Shown here piece by piece: positions 19,940-30,823 of a stretch of 64,000 nt of DNA. The notes under the pieces were generated by a model. It did not search any database. It saw only the letters and a list, made by a program, of their open reading frames with translations, and was not told where the DNA came from. How positions within the stretch are numbered: the first letter of the stretch is position 1; every line of letters starts with the position of its first letter. The DNA is from Actinomycetota bacterium (lineage in GTDB: Bacteria > Actinomycetota > Actinomycetes > Nanopelagicales > Nanopelagicaceae), in NCBI GenBank assembly GCA_947372965.1, contig CANBVR010000001.1, forward strand, positions 653 to 64,652, given 5' to 3'. A program made the translations under genes and the position numbers.

Positions 19940-21247
19940 ATGTTAGAAAAGGCTCAATCAGGCAAGACCTTGCGCGTAGGAATGATTGGCTGCGGTGTTG
20001 TCGGCAGCGAAGTCGCCCGCCTGCTTGTTGCCAATGCCGATGACCTCTCGGCTCGTTCAGGTGCCAAACTTGAACTAGTTAAAATTTCAGTGCGCGATAC
20101 CTCAATTAGCCGCCCAGGAATTCCAAAAGAACTTTTCACTACTGATTCTGATTCAATCGTAAATGATCCAAATATTGATCTGGTGATTGAAGTTATGGGT
20201 GGGATCGAACCGGCTTATGAATTAATCCTTACCGCCATGAAAAATGGCAAAGCAGTTGTTACTGCAAATAAAGCCTTACTTGCAAAATTCGGCAGCGAAC
20301 TTTTCCATGCATCGGATGAGGCAGATGTAGATTTCTATTACGAAGCAGCCGTTGCGGGCGCTATTCCAATTCTTCGCCCACTTGCAGAATCGCTGGTTGG
20401 TGATCACGTTGAACGTGTTATGGGAATTATCAATGGAACTACTAACTACATTCTTACCAAGATGGATGAAACTGGCGCCTCCTTTGATTCAGCGCTTAAG
20501 GAAGCCCAAGCACTTGGCTATGCCGAGGCGGATCCAACTGCAGATATTGAAGCCTTTGATGCAGCCGCAAAAGCGGCAATCCTTGCTGGGTTGGCATTTC
20601 ATACAGTTGTAACTGATGCAGATGTTTACCGCGAGGGCATTACCAAAATTACCGCTGAGGATGTTGCAGTCGCTAAAGAGATGGGTTTTGCGATCAAACT
20701 ATTGGCAGTTGCAGAGGCAAATGATGATGAGAGCATTACCGTTCGCGTGCATCCAACTTTGATTCCACGCACCCATCCACTTGCATCAGTTCGTGAAGCC
20801 TTTAACGCCGTATTCGTTCGTTGTGAATCTGCCGGTGATCTTATGTTCTACGGCCGTGGCGCGGGTGGCACCCCAACAGCTTCTGCCATCTTGGGAGATT
20901 TAGTTGCCGTTGCACGTAATCGAATTGAAGGAAGCCTTGGGCCGACGGAAACCGATTATGCCCATCTAAAGATTGCCCCAATTGGCGCAACACGTACTCG
21001 CTATTCAATCCGGATGGATGTTAAAGATATTCCGGGTGTTTTGGCATCAGTTGCAAACGTCTTTGCCGCAAATGATGTTTCGATTCTTACTGTTCGCCAA
21101 GATGGCCGTGGCGCAGAAGCTGAATTAATAGTCCTTACCCACTTAGCCACGGAATCTTCCTTGGCGCAAACGGTAAAACAATTAGAGAAATTAGATACGG
21201 TTAAGCACGTAACTAGCGTTATTCGTGTGGAAGGAACCATTGCATGA
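19940..21247 (+). CDS. hom: homoserine dehydrogenase
   Basis: [12 protein letters not shown] Rossmann motif, [33 protein letters not shown] and a C-terminal ACT domain. Confidence 0.9.
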   Translation: MLEKAQSGKTLRVGMIGCGVVGSEVARLLVANADDLSARSGAKLELVKISVRDTSISRPGIPKELFTTDSDSIVNDPNIDLVIEVMGGIEPAYELILTAMKNGKAVVTANKALLAKFGSELFHASDEADVDFYYEAAVAGAIPILRPLAESLVGDHVERVMGIINGTTNYILTKMDETGASFDSALKEAQALGYAEADPTADIEAFDAAAKAAILAGLAFHTVVTDADVYREGITKITAEDVAVAKEMGFAIKLLAVAEANDDESITVRVHPTLIPRTHPLASVREAFNAVFVRCESAGDLMFYGRGAGGTPTASAILGDLVAVARNRIEGSLGPTETDYAHLKIAPIGATRTRYSIRMDVKDIPGVLASVANVFAANDVSILTVRQDGRGAEAELIVLTHLATESSLAQTVKQLEKLDTVKHVTSVIRVEGTIA

Positions 21248-22323
21248 ACCTCTTTAAGAAAAAGGGTGCGCATCAATGGCGCGGAGTGATCGAGGAATAT
21301 CGCGATCGCCTACCGGTTTCCAATAAAACCCCAATCATTTCTTTGCGTGAAGGTGGCACGCCGCTAGTTCATGCCCAAACTCTTTCAGAAATGCTAGATA
21401 ACGATGTTTGGTTAAAAGTAGAAGGTGCAAACCCAACTGGTTCTTTTAAAGATCGTGGAATGACAATGGCGATGTCGAAGGCTGCCGAAGTTGGGGCCAA
21501 GGCAGTTATCTGTGCATCTACTGGAAATACTTCTGCCTCTGCTGCCGCTTACGCAACAAAGGCGGGAATGCGTCCAGTTGTTCTAGTGCCAGATGGAAAA
21601 ATTGCGATGGGTAAGTTGGCACAAGCAATTGCTCATGGGGGAGTTCTGCTTCAGGTACAAGGTAACTTTGATGATTGCTTAAATCTCGCACGTGAGTTAT
21701 CTGATAACTATCCAGTTGCACTTGTTAACTCAGTTAATCCATTTCGAATTGAAGGTCAAAAGACCGCTAGCTTTGAAGTTGTAGATATGTTGGGCGATGC
21801 GCCAGATCTTCACGTACTTCCAGTCGGTAACGCGGGAAATATCACCGCTTACTGGAAGGGTTACAAGGAGTACTACAGCGATGGCATGTCTAAGAAGTTG
21901 CCACAGATGTGGGGCTTTCAAGCAGCAGGCGCTGCGCCAATCGTTAATGGGGTAGTGGTTAAGAATCCAGAAACTATCGCAACTGCAATTCGAATTGGTA
22001 ACCCAGCATCATGGCAGCAAGCAGTTGAGGCTCGTGACTCTTCAGGTGGTCTAATTGATTCAGTGACCGATGAAGAAATTCTTTCGGCTTATCGTTTTGT
22101 CTCTTCTAAGGAAGGCATCTTTGTTGAACCTTCATCTGCCGCGGGAATTGCGGGATTAATTAAGAAGCAATCTGAAGGAAAACTTCCAAAGGGCAAGAAG
22201 ATTGTGATTACTGTTACTGGAAATGGCTTGAAAGATGTTAATTGGGTCCTAGATCATGCTGCCGCGCCAACAGTTATTCCAGTTGATGTGAAAAAAGCCG
22301 CTCAAGTAATTGGACTTGCCTAA
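21244..22323 (+). CDS. thrC: threonine synthase
   Basis: [27 protein letters not shown] (PLP Lys) and ASTGNTSAS. Its start overlaps the hom stop. Confidence 0.9.
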   Translation: MNLFKKKGAHQWRGVIEEYRDRLPVSNKTPIISLREGGTPLVHAQTLSEMLDNDVWLKVEGANPTGSFKDRGMTMAMSKAAEVGAKAVICASTGNTSASAAAYATKAGMRPVVLVPDGKIAMGKLAQAIAHGGVLLQVQGNFDDCLNLARELSDNYPVALVNSVNPFRIEGQKTASFEVVDMLGDAPDLHVLPVGNAGNITAYWKGYKEYYSDGMSKKLPQMWGFQAAGAAPIVNGVVVKNPETIATAIRIGNPASWQQAVEARDSSGGLIDSVTDEEILSAYRFVSSKEGIFVEPSSAAGIAGLIKKQSEGKLPKGKKIVITVTGNGLKDVNWVLDHAAAPTVIPVDVKKAAQVIGLA

Positions 22324-23261
22324 TGTCCGCGCGCCTTAGTTTTAAAGCCGCAATGGTTCAAGTTTCTGTTCCAGCTTCAAGTGCAAACCTTGGCCCCGGT
22401 TTTGATTGCTTAGGCCTTGCCTTGGAATTGCGTGATCGCTATGCGGCGCAAATTCTAGATACACCTGAAATTGATGTTGATGTAACTGGTGAAGGCGCAT
22501 CTGAAATAAAGGGCGATAAATCAAACCTGGTAATCAAAGCGATGATTCGTGGCTTTGAACATATGGGTTCAAAAGAATTTTCTGGTAATAAAGGGCGCGG
22601 TATTGCTCTTCGTCAATTAAATGTAATCCCTCATGGTCGTGGCCTTGGATCATCCGCAGCGGCAATTGTTGGCGGACTTTATCTAGCTCGCGAACTAGTT
22701 CTTGGTGGCGAACAACTTCTTACTGACGAAGCAATTATTCAGATTGGTACCGAAATTGAGGGCCATCCTGACAATATCGCTGCTGCCGTATTAGGCGGTG
22801 CAACAATCGCTTGGACCGAAAATGAAGCAGGATATGGCGTTGGAATCAAAGTAGATTCAAAAATAAAGGCGTTGGTCTTTATTCCAGAAGCTCACCTTTC
22901 AACTTCAAAGGCTCGCAAGTTACTGCCAGAATCAATTCCACATCGTGATGCTTCCCTTAATTCTGCACACACCGCGCTCTTAGTTCACGCCCTTCAATCA
23001 CGACCAGATTTACTTTTGACGGCCACTCAAGATTTTCTACATCAGCAATATCGCACAGAGGCGATGCCAAAGTCGATTGCCCTTGTAAATAAATTGCGCG
23101 CAGCAGGAGTTGCAGCAATGGTCTCTGGCGCTGGACCATCAGTTCTGGTCTTGCACACATTGGGTGATGTTGAAGTTGAAGATCTAATCAAGGTTGCAAC
23201 TGGCTCATTTACCGCACAGAAATTGGCCATTTCGCCGCGCGGAGTTGCTTCCAACCACTAA
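22323..23261 (+). CDS. thrB: homoserine kinase
   Basis: GHMP kinase with VPASSANLGPGFD and PHGRGLGSSAAAIV. Its start overlaps the thrC stop. Confidence 0.9.
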   Translation: MSARLSFKAAMVQVSVPASSANLGPGFDCLGLALELRDRYAAQILDTPEIDVDVTGEGASEIKGDKSNLVIKAMIRGFEHMGSKEFSGNKGRGIALRQLNVIPHGRGLGSSAAAIVGGLYLARELVLGGEQLLTDEAIIQIGTEIEGHPDNIAAAVLGGATIAWTENEAGYGVGIKVDSKIKALVFIPEAHLSTSKARKLLPESIPHRDASLNSAHTALLVHALQSRPDLLLTATQDFLHQQYRTEAMPKSIALVNKLRAAGVAAMVSGAGPSVLVLHTLGDVEVEDLIKVATGSFTAQKLAISPRGVASNH

Positions 23262-23412
23262 ATTGCCCGCCCTAACTAGGGTGTGCTAGGTTTACCCCAT
23301 CAGGTCGCCGAGAAATCTTCGGTAAATGCACCAGATAATCCCCAAATTAAATCCATAAATTGCAAAATATTTTAACTTTGCGAAATCTATAGAAATGAAG
23401 AAATAAACAAAT

Positions 23413-25068
23413 ATGGCAACAGCAAAAGATAACGGCGAACTATCAGCGATGCTTCTTCCTGAGTTGAAGAAGGTTGCAGGGCAACTTGGTATTGAAGACG
23501 CCGCCGCAATGAAGAAGGCAGATCTAGTTACAGCGATCGCAGACCTTCAAGCTTCTAACCGCGAGGCCGCGAAGGCTGAACGCGAAGCAAAGCGCGCAGA
23601 GCGCGATGCTCGCCGCAAGGGTGGCAATAAAAATTCAGATAAGAATTCAAATAAAAGCAACGATTCAGATAACGATTCAGATGATGATGGCGAAGATCAG
23701 GGTTCTAACCCAAATGATTCTTCGGATTCAAACAATGATCGTAATGATCGTGGCGATCGCAATAACCGTAATGATCGCAATAACCGTAATGATCGTGGAA
23801 ATCGAAGAGATCGTGGAGATCGTAATGATCGCGGCGATCGCAACAATCGCTTCCGTGATCGTGGAAATCGTGAAGAGCGCGAAATTCAAATCTCTGAAGA
23901 CGATGTCTTACTTCCAGTTGGTGGCTTGCTAGATATTCTCGATAGCTATGCATTTATTCGCACCGGCGGATACTTGGCAAGCTCGAACGATGTATATGTT
24001 TCACTCCAACAAGTTCGTCGTTACGGACTTCGTAAGGGCGATGTACTCACTGGTTCAGTTCGCCAACCACGCGAAGGTGAGCGCAAGGAAAAGTTCAACG
24101 CACTTGTTCGCGTCGAGATGGTTAATGGCGCAGATCCAGAAACTTCAAAGGAACGCGTTGAGTTTTCAAAGCTCGTACCTTTGTATCCACAAGAGCGCCT
24201 ACGCCTTGAAACTGAACCAAACATTCTTACAACTCGCGTAATCGATCTAATCTCACCTATTGGTAAGGGTCAGCGCGGACTAATCGTTTCACCACCTAAG
24301 GCTGGTAAGACGATGGTTCTGCAATCAATTGCAAATGCGATCACAACGAATAATCCAGAATGTCACTTGATGGTTGTTCTAGTTGATGAGCGTCCAGAAG
24401 AAGTTACCGATATGCAACGCTCTATCAAGGGTGAAGTAATCGCCTCAACTTTCGATCGTCCAGCAGATGACCACACCTCAGTAGCCGAACTAGCAATCGA
24501 GCGCGCAAAGCGTTTGGTCGAACTTGGCCACGACGTTGTTGTCCTTCTCGACTCAATTACTCGTTTAGGTCGTGCTTACAACATTGCTGCTCCAGCATCA
24601 GGACGTATTCTCTCTGGTGGTGTGGATTCAGCTGCTTTGTATCCACCAAAGAAGTTCTTCGGCGCTGCTCGTAACGTTGAAAATGGCGGTTCACTTACAA
24701 TTCTTGCAACGGCTCTTATCGATACTGGTTCGAAGATGGATGAAGTTATCTTCGAAGAGTTCAAGGGAACCGGAAACATGGAACTTATCCTCAACCGTAA
24801 GTTCGCAGATAAGCGCATCTTCCCAGCCGTTGATGTTGTTGCATCTGGTACTCGTAAGGAAGAAATCCTTATGGGAACCGAAGAGCTTTCAATTGTTTGG
24901 CGTCTTCGTCGCGTACTTCACGCACTGGAGCCACAACAAGCACTCGAACTATTGCTCGAGCGCATGAAGGGCACAAAGTCGAACGTTGAATTCTTGATGC
25001 AGATCCAGAAGACAACAAACGCAGAAGGTGGCCTTGCTGCTACCGCTTCAGGCACAAAAGAGGCTTAA
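23413..25068 (+). CDS. rho: transcription termination factor Rho with long N/D/R-rich N-terminal insertion
   Basis: It has a Rho N-terminal helix bundle (LPELKKVAGQLGIEDAAAMKKADLV) and a ~105-aa low-complexity insert. These are followed by a cold-shock-like RNA-binding domain (GYAFIR-type: SYAFIRTGGYL), Walker A (PPKAGKT) and the RecA-like domain. Confidence 0.92.
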   Translation: MATAKDNGELSAMLLPELKKVAGQLGIEDAAAMKKADLVTAIADLQASNREAAKAEREAKRAERDARRKGGNKNSDKNSNKSNDSDNDSDDDGEDQGSNPNDSSDSNNDRNDRGDRNNRNDRNNRNDRGNRRDRGDRNDRGDRNNRFRDRGNREEREIQISEDDVLLPVGGLLDILDSYAFIRTGGYLASSNDVYVSLQQVRRYGLRKGDVLTGSVRQPREGERKEKFNALVRVEMVNGADPETSKERVEFSKLVPLYPQERLRLETEPNILTTRVIDLISPIGKGQRGLIVSPPKAGKTMVLQSIANAITTNNPECHLMVVLVDERPEEVTDMQRSIKGEVIASTFDRPADDHTSVAELAIERAKRLVELGHDVVVLLDSITRLGRAYNIAAPASGRILSGGVDSAALYPPKKFFGAARNVENGGSLTILATALIDTGSKMDEVIFEEFKGTGNMELILNRKFADKRIFPAVDVVASGTRKEEILMGTEELSIVWRLRRVLHALEPQQALELLLERMKGTKSNVEFLMQIQKTTNAEGGLAATASGTKEA

Positions 25069-25165
25069 TTTTCTTAAATAGCCCCCAAAGGCTAAACTTC
25101 CCATCCGAGATCAAACCGGACTGGTTCACGGATAAAGCCGACCCAGTCACACCTAGGAGATAAAA

Positions 25166-25381
25166 ATGAAGTCAGAGATTCACCCAAATTATTTAGAGAC
25201 CACTGTTACTTGTGGTTGCGGTGAAGTTTTCACAACCCGCAGCACAAAAGAATCTGGCTCAATTTACGTTGAAGTTTGTTCTGTCTGCCATCCGTTCTAC
25301 ACCGGCAAGCAACGTATCCTCGATACTGGTGGCCGCGTAGCTAAGTTCGAAGAGCGTTTCGGTAAGAAAACAGCTAACTAG
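25166..25381 (+). CDS. rpmE: 50S ribosomal protein L31 (Zn-ribbon type)
   Basis: 71 aa starting MKSEIHPNY, with CGCG...[12 protein letters not shown]. Confidence 0.92.
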   Translation: MKSEIHPNYLETTVTCGCGEVFTTRSTKESGSIYVEVCSVCHPFYTGKQRILDTGGRVAKFEERFGKKTAN

Positions 25382-25390
25382 CTTTCTTAA

Positions 25391-25436
25391 AGACCGTACC
25401 AAGTTCGCAAAGCGCGAGCTAGGTGCGGTCTTTTTA
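25391..25436 (+). terminator. putative intrinsic terminator after rpmE
   Basis: AGACCGTACC (25391-25400) pairs with GGTGCGGTCT (25422-25431), with one G:U pair, and is followed by TTTTTATTT. The loop is long (about 21 nt), so the structure is imperfect. Confidence 0.55.
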
Positions 25437-25468
25437 TTTGGATTAATTATTCTTAGAAAGGAGTGATC

Positions 25469-26551
25469 ATGGCAGCGGACAGTAGATTCCCAAATGTTCC
25501 AGCCCTATTGGCGGAGTACGAAGAACTTGAAAAGCAGATGGCCGATCCATCGATTCACTCCGACCAAGGTCAAGCGCGCAAATTAGGTAAGCGATATGCA
25601 GCACTCGGTCCAGTTATTGCTGGATATCGCGCCTGGGTATCTGCGCAAGAAGATTTAATTGCCGGAAAAGAGATGGCGGCAGATGATCCGGATTTTGCAA
25701 GCGAGATCCCGGCACTTGAAGAAAATTTGGCACAGAGCGAATCTAAATTAGAGGAGTTGCTGTTGCCTCGCGACCCTAACGATGATCGCGATGTAATTTT
25801 GGAAGTTAAGGCTGGAGTTGGCGGCGATGAATCTGCCCTCTTTGCCGGTGACTTATTGCGGATGTACCAACGATATGCCGAGAAGCACAATTGGAAATGC
25901 GAAATTATTGATTATGCTGAATCTGAGATGGGTGGCTATAAAGAAATTTCAATGGCTATTAAATCAAAGGGCATCGCCGAGCCTGGCCAATCTCCTTATG
26001 CAAAATTAAAGTTTGAAGGCGGAGTTCACCGCGTCCAACGTGTTCCAGAAACTGAGAGCCAGGGACGAATTCATACATCTGCCGCTGGTGTTCTTATCTT
26101 GGCTGAAGCAGATGAAGTCGATGTTGAGATCCGCCAACAAGATTTACGTATCGATGTTTATCGCTCTTCGGGCCCAGGTGGTCAATCAGTTAATACAACT
26201 GACTCTGCTGTTCGAATCACTCACATTCCAACTGGGGTAGTGGTCTCGTGTCAGAATGAGAAATCACAATTACAGAATAAGGAATCAGCGATGCGTATCT
26301 TGCGGGCGCGCCTTTTGGCACATGCTCAAGAGCAGGCTGATGCAGAAGCTGCGATTGCCAGAAAGCAACAGGTTCGAACCGTGGATCGCTCCGAGCGAAT
26401 TCGTACCTATAACTTTCCAGAAAATCGCCTCAGCGATCACCGCGTTAACTTCAAGTCTTCAAACCTAGATGCTGTTTTGAATGGTGAATTAGATCCAGTT
26501 ATCGATGCCTTGCTTGAAGCAGACAAGATTGCAAAGCTAGCTGCGAGTTAA
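25469..26551 (+). CDS. prfA: peptide chain release factor 1
   Basis: PAT-type recognition region, GGQ motif ([24 protein letters not shown]), and an AAGGAG SD 6 nt before the ATG at 25469. Confidence 0.92.
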   Translation: MAADSRFPNVPALLAEYEELEKQMADPSIHSDQGQARKLGKRYAALGPVIAGYRAWVSAQEDLIAGKEMAADDPDFASEIPALEENLAQSESKLEELLLPRDPNDDRDVILEVKAGVGGDESALFAGDLLRMYQRYAEKHNWKCEIIDYAESEMGGYKEISMAIKSKGIAEPGQSPYAKLKFEGGVHRVQRVPETESQGRIHTSAAGVLILAEADEVDVEIRQQDLRIDVYRSSGPGGQSVNTTDSAVRITHIPTGVVVSCQNEKSQLQNKESAMRILRARLLAHAQEQADAEAAIARKQQVRTVDRSERIRTYNFPENRLSDHRVNFKSSNLDAVLNGELDPVIDALLEADKIAKLAAS

Positions 26552-26556
26552 TACCA

Positions 26557-27402
26557 GTGAGCGTTAGAGAACTCCTCAAGTTTGGCAAGGAACAACTGGC
26601 AACTAAGAATATTGGTGCAGTTGATGCCGAACTTTTACTGGCAAATATCCTCGGGGTTAATCGAATGGAGCTGCACTCCAAAGTTATCGAAATGGATGCC
26701 GAGCAAGCCCAAGAGAACAAAGAGCTCTACACCAAAGCGATTGCCCAAAGACTTACCGGAATGCCGACTCAATATATTGTCGGTACTGCGCCATTTAGAT
26801 ATTTGGAATATGAAGTTGGGCCTGGGGTCTTAATTCCTCGCCCAGAAACCGAACTGTTAGTTGATGAAGTCCTCCACCAACTAAATACCTTTGCCGAACC
26901 TGTAAGCGTTGTTGATCTCGGATCAGGCACCGGCGCAATTGCAATCTCAATATCAAGTGAGACATCCGGCAAGAAAGAGATTCACGTAGTTGCTGTCGAA
27001 AAGTCACCCGAAGCACTTATCTGGCTAAATAAGAATATTGCAAAGCATGATGTCCCGGTTCGGATAATTGAAAGTGATGCCGCGCATGCGCTGGAAGGAA
27101 TTAAGTGCGATGTCGTTGTCGCTAACCCACCATATCTTCCAGATGGCGCAAAGGTCCCGCAAGAATTAATCTTTGAACCAGCGATGGCGCTCTTTGGTGG
27201 CCCGGCAAATGGGATGGCAATCCCAAATGAATTTATTAAAGCTGCGGCACGACTTTTAAAGAGCGGTGGTCTTTTTGCGATCGAACACAATGAACTTCAA
27301 GGCCCGCTCATAGCCAATGAGCTAGAGGCCGACTTTGAAGCGATCGCACTACACAATGATTTAACGCAGCGCCCGCGCTTTACAACTGCAAGACGAAAGT
27401 AA
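26557..27402 (+). CDS. prmC: release-factor glutamine N5-methyltransferase
   Basis: SAM-binding DLGSGTGAI and catalytic VVANPPYLP, directly downstream of prfA. Confidence 0.88.
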   Translation: MSVRELLKFGKEQLATKNIGAVDAELLLANILGVNRMELHSKVIEMDAEQAQENKELYTKAIAQRLTGMPTQYIVGTAPFRYLEYEVGPGVLIPRPETELLVDEVLHQLNTFAEPVSVVDLGSGTGAIAISISSETSGKKEIHVVAVEKSPEALIWLNKNIAKHDVPVRIIESDAAHALEGIKCDVVVANPPYLPDGAKVPQELIFEPAMALFGGPANGMAIPNEFIKAAARLLKSGGLFAIEHNELQGPLIANELEADFEAIALHNDLTQRPRFTTARRK

Positions 27403-28629
27403 CTACAGAAGCCCCATTTTCTTGCCGGCCTGCGATAAAGATTCGCGTGCCTTTGGATGGGCTGCAAAGTTAATTAAATTCTGCGCCTGTTCAGTTTGGG
27501 ATCTACCAAAGCACCTGGCGACACCGTTCTCTGTAACAACAAATGAATGCTGAAAACTCGTAACTGCTTCATCGACAAGTGGGATTATGTTTGAGGATCC
27601 ACTTTTCTCGTGCCAGGAAGGAAGGGCCATAAATGAATGGCCACCGCGGGAGTGGAGCGAGCCAACTATAAAATCTGTGGAACCACCAAAGCCAGAATAT
27701 ATTCGACCTCGAACTCTTGATGCGTTTGCTTGGTCATAAAGATCTACTTGAAGTGCGGCATTAACTGAAGTCATTCGCGCTTGTTTGGCTATTTGACTCG
27801 GATCATTTGTCTTTTCGGTACGAAGCATCTGAACGCGGCGATTTAAATGCAACCAGTCATAAAGTTCGCGGGAGCCAAAGACAAAGGATGCGGTGATTGG
27901 CACCTCATCATCAAGGGCGCCGACTTTGTGAAGATTTAAAACCCCATCACTAAACATCTCAGTCCAGATTCGAAGCCCACTTCGTTTTTGAAGAAGTTCG
28001 AGTACTGCATCGGGGACCGCGCCAATTCCCATTTGCAAGGTTGATTGATCCTTCACAAGCTCGGCGATCTTTTCCCCGATTGCTTTAGCCGTGGGAGTTA
28101 GATGGATTGGATGGTGCTCGGCGAGCGGTTCATCTACTTCAATTAAGAAATCAATTTCATTTTCATAGATTTGTGCATCGCCATAGGTGTACGGCATCTG
28201 CTTATTCGATTGGGCAACAACAATTCCACCGCGTGCCCGAACTGTCTCAATCGCAGCGGGAAGAATATTTACTTCCGTGCCAAGTGAAACGGTATCAAAG
28301 CGCCGTTGCGAGGTATGGAGAAGGACAATGTCGGGAATCAAATGATCTCTAATAAGAACAGGCAAGAGACTAAGCCGAGAAGGCACATAATCAAGGCGAG
28401 GAGAGTTTCGCATTCCTGGCCCCACAAAGGCGGTCTCGTACTTAACGCCCTCGCGATCTGGAATTCCAATCTGCGCGTTTAGCATGTGAAGGGTGTAGTT
28501 CGGCACAACCGAATCGAAAGCTTCCAGCAAAGTCTTTGGGGTTGCAAAATTGCCCGAAGCCAAGACTCGTGGATTACTTGGGATATCTTGAAGTACTCGC
28601 TTGAACTCTTCGACAGTAATTGTGCGCAC
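27403..28629 (-). CDS. acetyl-CoA hydrolase/transferase family protein (4-hydroxybutyrate/succinyl-CoA:acetate CoA-transferase-like)
   Basis: 408 aa with C-terminal-domain motifs SVNAALQVDLYDQANAS and SGFGGSTDFIVGS. The overall length and layout fit the family. Confidence 0.7.
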   Translation of the reverse strand: MRTITVEEFKRVLQDIPSNPRVLASGNFATPKTLLEAFDSVVPNYTLHMLNAQIGIPDREGVKYETAFVGPGMRNSPRLDYVPSRLSLLPVLIRDHLIPDIVLLHTSQRRFDTVSLGTEVNILPAAIETVRARGGIVVAQSNKQMPYTYGDAQIYENEIDFLIEVDEPLAEHHPIHLTPTAKAIGEKIAELVKDQSTLQMGIGAVPDAVLELLQKRSGLRIWTEMFSDGVLNLHKVGALDDEVPITASFVFGSRELYDWLHLNRRVQMLRTEKTNDPSQIAKQARMTSVNAALQVDLYDQANASRVRGRIYSGFGGSTDFIVGSLHSRGGHSFMALPSWHEKSGSSNIIPLVDEAVTSFQHSFVVTENGVARCFGRSQTEQAQNLINFAAHPKARESLSQAGKKMGLL

Positions 28630-28706
28630 GGCTTTATCTTCGCAGATTCAAATTCCCCAATGTACCAAAAGGCGAGGGCTGGCCCTTACGCGATAGGGTT
28701 AGCGAT

Positions 28707-30224
28707 ATGACCACTACCTTTCAGGCCGTTGACCCAACTACTGGTGAAAAATTTGGTGCTTCGTTTAATGAGAGCTCTGCCCAAGATGTAGTTGATGCAA
28801 TTACTAAAGCAGCAAAAACAAAGAGCGCATTTGCGGCAACTTCGCCAGCAAAACGTGCAGCAATCTTGCGAGCGATTGGCGCGGCAATCGAATCTCGTCG
28901 CGAGAAGCTAATCGAAGTAACGATGAAAGAGACTGCGCTTCCAAGTGGTCGCTTGACCGGTGAGCTTTCAAGAACTGTCTTCCAACTTGAACAATTTGCC
29001 TTGCAGGTTGAATCCGGCGCACATCTCCAAGCCGTTATTGATTTGCCAGATACAAATTGGGTTCCAGCTGCAAGACCTGATATTCGTAAAGCAAACCAGA
29101 GCCTTGGCGTTGTCGGAATATTTGCGGCATCAAACTTCCCATTCGCATTTTCAGTAATAGGTGGCGACAGCGCATCAGCGCTAGCTGCAGGATGCACAGT
29201 TGTTGTTAAAGCACATCCATCGCACCCAAATACCTGTCAGATCATGCACGAAGCGGTTGTTGAAGGTTTGGAAAAAGAGGGAATTAGTGGCGATGCCTTT
29301 GGCATGGTTCAGGGTCTTTCTCCAGATCTGACTTATGCAATTGTTAATAACCCAGAGATAACAGCAATCGGATTTACCGGCTCTGGTTTAGTTGGAAAGA
29401 TTCTTGTAAATGCCGCTGCAAAGCGCGAAGTACCTATTCCGGTATTTGCCGAAATGGGTTCGTTAAATCCAGTTTTCTTTACGCCAAAAGTTTTAGCAGA
29501 GAAGGCTGCAGACTTGGCAAAAGCAGCTCTTGATTCTGCGACTTTGGGCTCTGGTCAGTTCTGCACCAAGCCAGGAATTTTGGTAATTCCTACTGGCGCA
29601 GAAGGCGATAACTTTGTGAAAGAAGTTGAGAGCTATCTTGGAACGTTAAATGTGGCGCCACTTTTAAATAAGGGGATTGCAGATCGTTACGGCAGCGCAA
29701 TTGCAGAGTTAGCCAAGAGTTCTGATCTCAAAGTTATTTCCGGAAATCCCACTTCAGGTGGCTTTGGCGTAACCCCAACTGTCTTTGTAGTTGATTGGGC
29801 TAAGGCGAGCCACGAATTATTGGAAGAGCACTTTGGTCCAACCACCGTAATCATTCGCGCCGATTTCAAAGATTTTGTCGAAGTTGCAAGTGGCCTTGAA
29901 GGTCAACTCTGCGCAGCACTCCATGCAACTAGTGGTGAAAAAGTTCAAGAACTTCTAGGCGCGCTATCTCAAAAAGCTGGTCGTGTGATTATGAATGGTT
30001 TTCCAACCGCAGTTGCCGTGACCGCGGCGATGCAACATGGAGGTCAATGGCCATCATCTTCTAGCCACACGACATCTGTTGGCTTGGATTCAGTATTTCG
30101 CTTTGTGCGCCCAGTGGCTCACCAAGGTTTTGCCGATGAGCTACTTCCACCAGCGCTACAAAATGCAAATCCATGGAAGATTTCTAGAACTGTTAATGGA
30201 AAAGTAAGTAAGGATTCAATTTAA
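28707..30224 (+). CDS. NAD(P)+ aldehyde dehydrogenase, alpha-ketoglutarate-semialdehyde (2,5-dioxovalerate) dehydrogenase-like
   Basis: ALDH motifs FTGSGLVGKIL and EMGSLNPVF (Glu), and catalytic Cys in GQFCTKPG, a signature I associate with the KGSADH-type subfamily. The start is the ATG at 28707 (MTTTFQAVDPTTGE). The tracked start at 28620 overlaps the divergent gene. Confidence 0.75.
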   Translation: MTTTFQAVDPTTGEKFGASFNESSAQDVVDAITKAAKTKSAFAATSPAKRAAILRAIGAAIESRREKLIEVTMKETALPSGRLTGELSRTVFQLEQFALQVESGAHLQAVIDLPDTNWVPAARPDIRKANQSLGVVGIFAASNFPFAFSVIGGDSASALAAGCTVVVKAHPSHPNTCQIMHEAVVEGLEKEGISGDAFGMVQGLSPDLTYAIVNNPEITAIGFTGSGLVGKILVNAAAKREVPIPVFAEMGSLNPVFFTPKVLAEKAADLAKAALDSATLGSGQFCTKPGILVIPTGAEGDNFVKEVESYLGTLNVAPLLNKGIADRYGSAIAELAKSSDLKVISGNPTSGGFGVTPTVFVVDWAKASHELLEEHFGPTTVIIRADFKDFVEVASGLEGQLCAALHATSGEKVQELLGALSQKAGRVIMNGFPTAVAVTAAMQHGGQWPSSSSHTTSVGLDSVFRFVRPVAHQGFADELLPPALQNANPWKISRTVNGKVSKDSI

Positions 30225-30823
30225 TGCCAGATCTAACAAACGCCCTTGCTGCTGCGCGTAATGCAGTCACGACAGAAATAGCCGCGCTTGAGAATTTCTC
30301 GCAGGGTTTAGATGAAAAATTAACCGATGCCCTTGAATTACTGGTTGCCTGCAAAGGTCATGTAATTGTTACTGGACTTGGTAAGTCAGGTTTAGTGGGC
30401 GCAAAGATTTCAGCAACGCTAGCCTCAACCGGAACACCATCTTTCTTCTTGCACTCCGCCGATGCGCTTCACGGCGACTCCGGAGCAATAACAAAAGATG
30501 ATCTAGTGATCGCAATCTCTAACTCCGGTGAGACTGCGGAAGTGATTGCTGTTGCCAAAATGGCAAAGGGATGGGGCAATAAGGTAATTGCAATTACTGG
30601 AAAGCATGCTTCTACTCTTTCAACCAGTGCTGATGCACTTCTAGATATTGCATTTGAAAAAGAGGCTGATCCACTCAATTTGGCACCAACTACATCCACA
30701 ACTTTGACTTTGGTTTTGGGCGATGCAATCGCAAGTGCCCTTATGAGTTACAAGAATTTCACCGCTGCCGATTTTGGTAAGCGACATCCGGGCGGCGCCC
30801 TTGGTAAGGCAACTAATAAGTGA
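30224..30823 (+). CDS. SIS-domain sugar-phosphate isomerase (KpsF/GutQ-like SIS module without CBS pair)
   Basis: 199 aa with VTGLGKSGLVGAKISATLASTGTPSFFLHSADALHGDSG and ISNSGET. Its start overlaps the ALDH stop (TAATG). Confidence 0.7.
   Translation: MPDLTNALAAARNAVTTEIAALENFSQGLDEKLTDALELLVACKGHVIVTGLGKSGLVGAKISATLASTGTPSFFLHSADALHGDSGAITKDDLVIAISNSGETAEVIAVAKMAKGWGNKVIAITGKHASTLSTSADALLDIAFEKEADPLNLAPTTSTTLTLVLGDAIASALMSYKNFTAADFGKRHPGGALGKATNK

Noticed and set aside
23262-23412. 151-nt AT-rich rho leader as a possible riboswitch or attenuator
   Set aside because: I could find only 4-bp pairings by eye. Rho autoregulation is known in general, but the sequence shows no supporting structure.
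23738-23880. Short tandem repeats that could be mistaken for a CRISPR-like or minisatellite array (also at 34331-34441 and 34601-34720)
   Set aside because: All are in frame inside coding sequences (the Rho insert and the collagen G-X-Y runs). They have no spacer structure and no cas genes nearby.
25089-25106. Small hairpin TAGCC-cccaaa-GGCTA after rho
   Set aside because: It has only a 5-bp stem and no U-tract, which is too weak to call a terminator.
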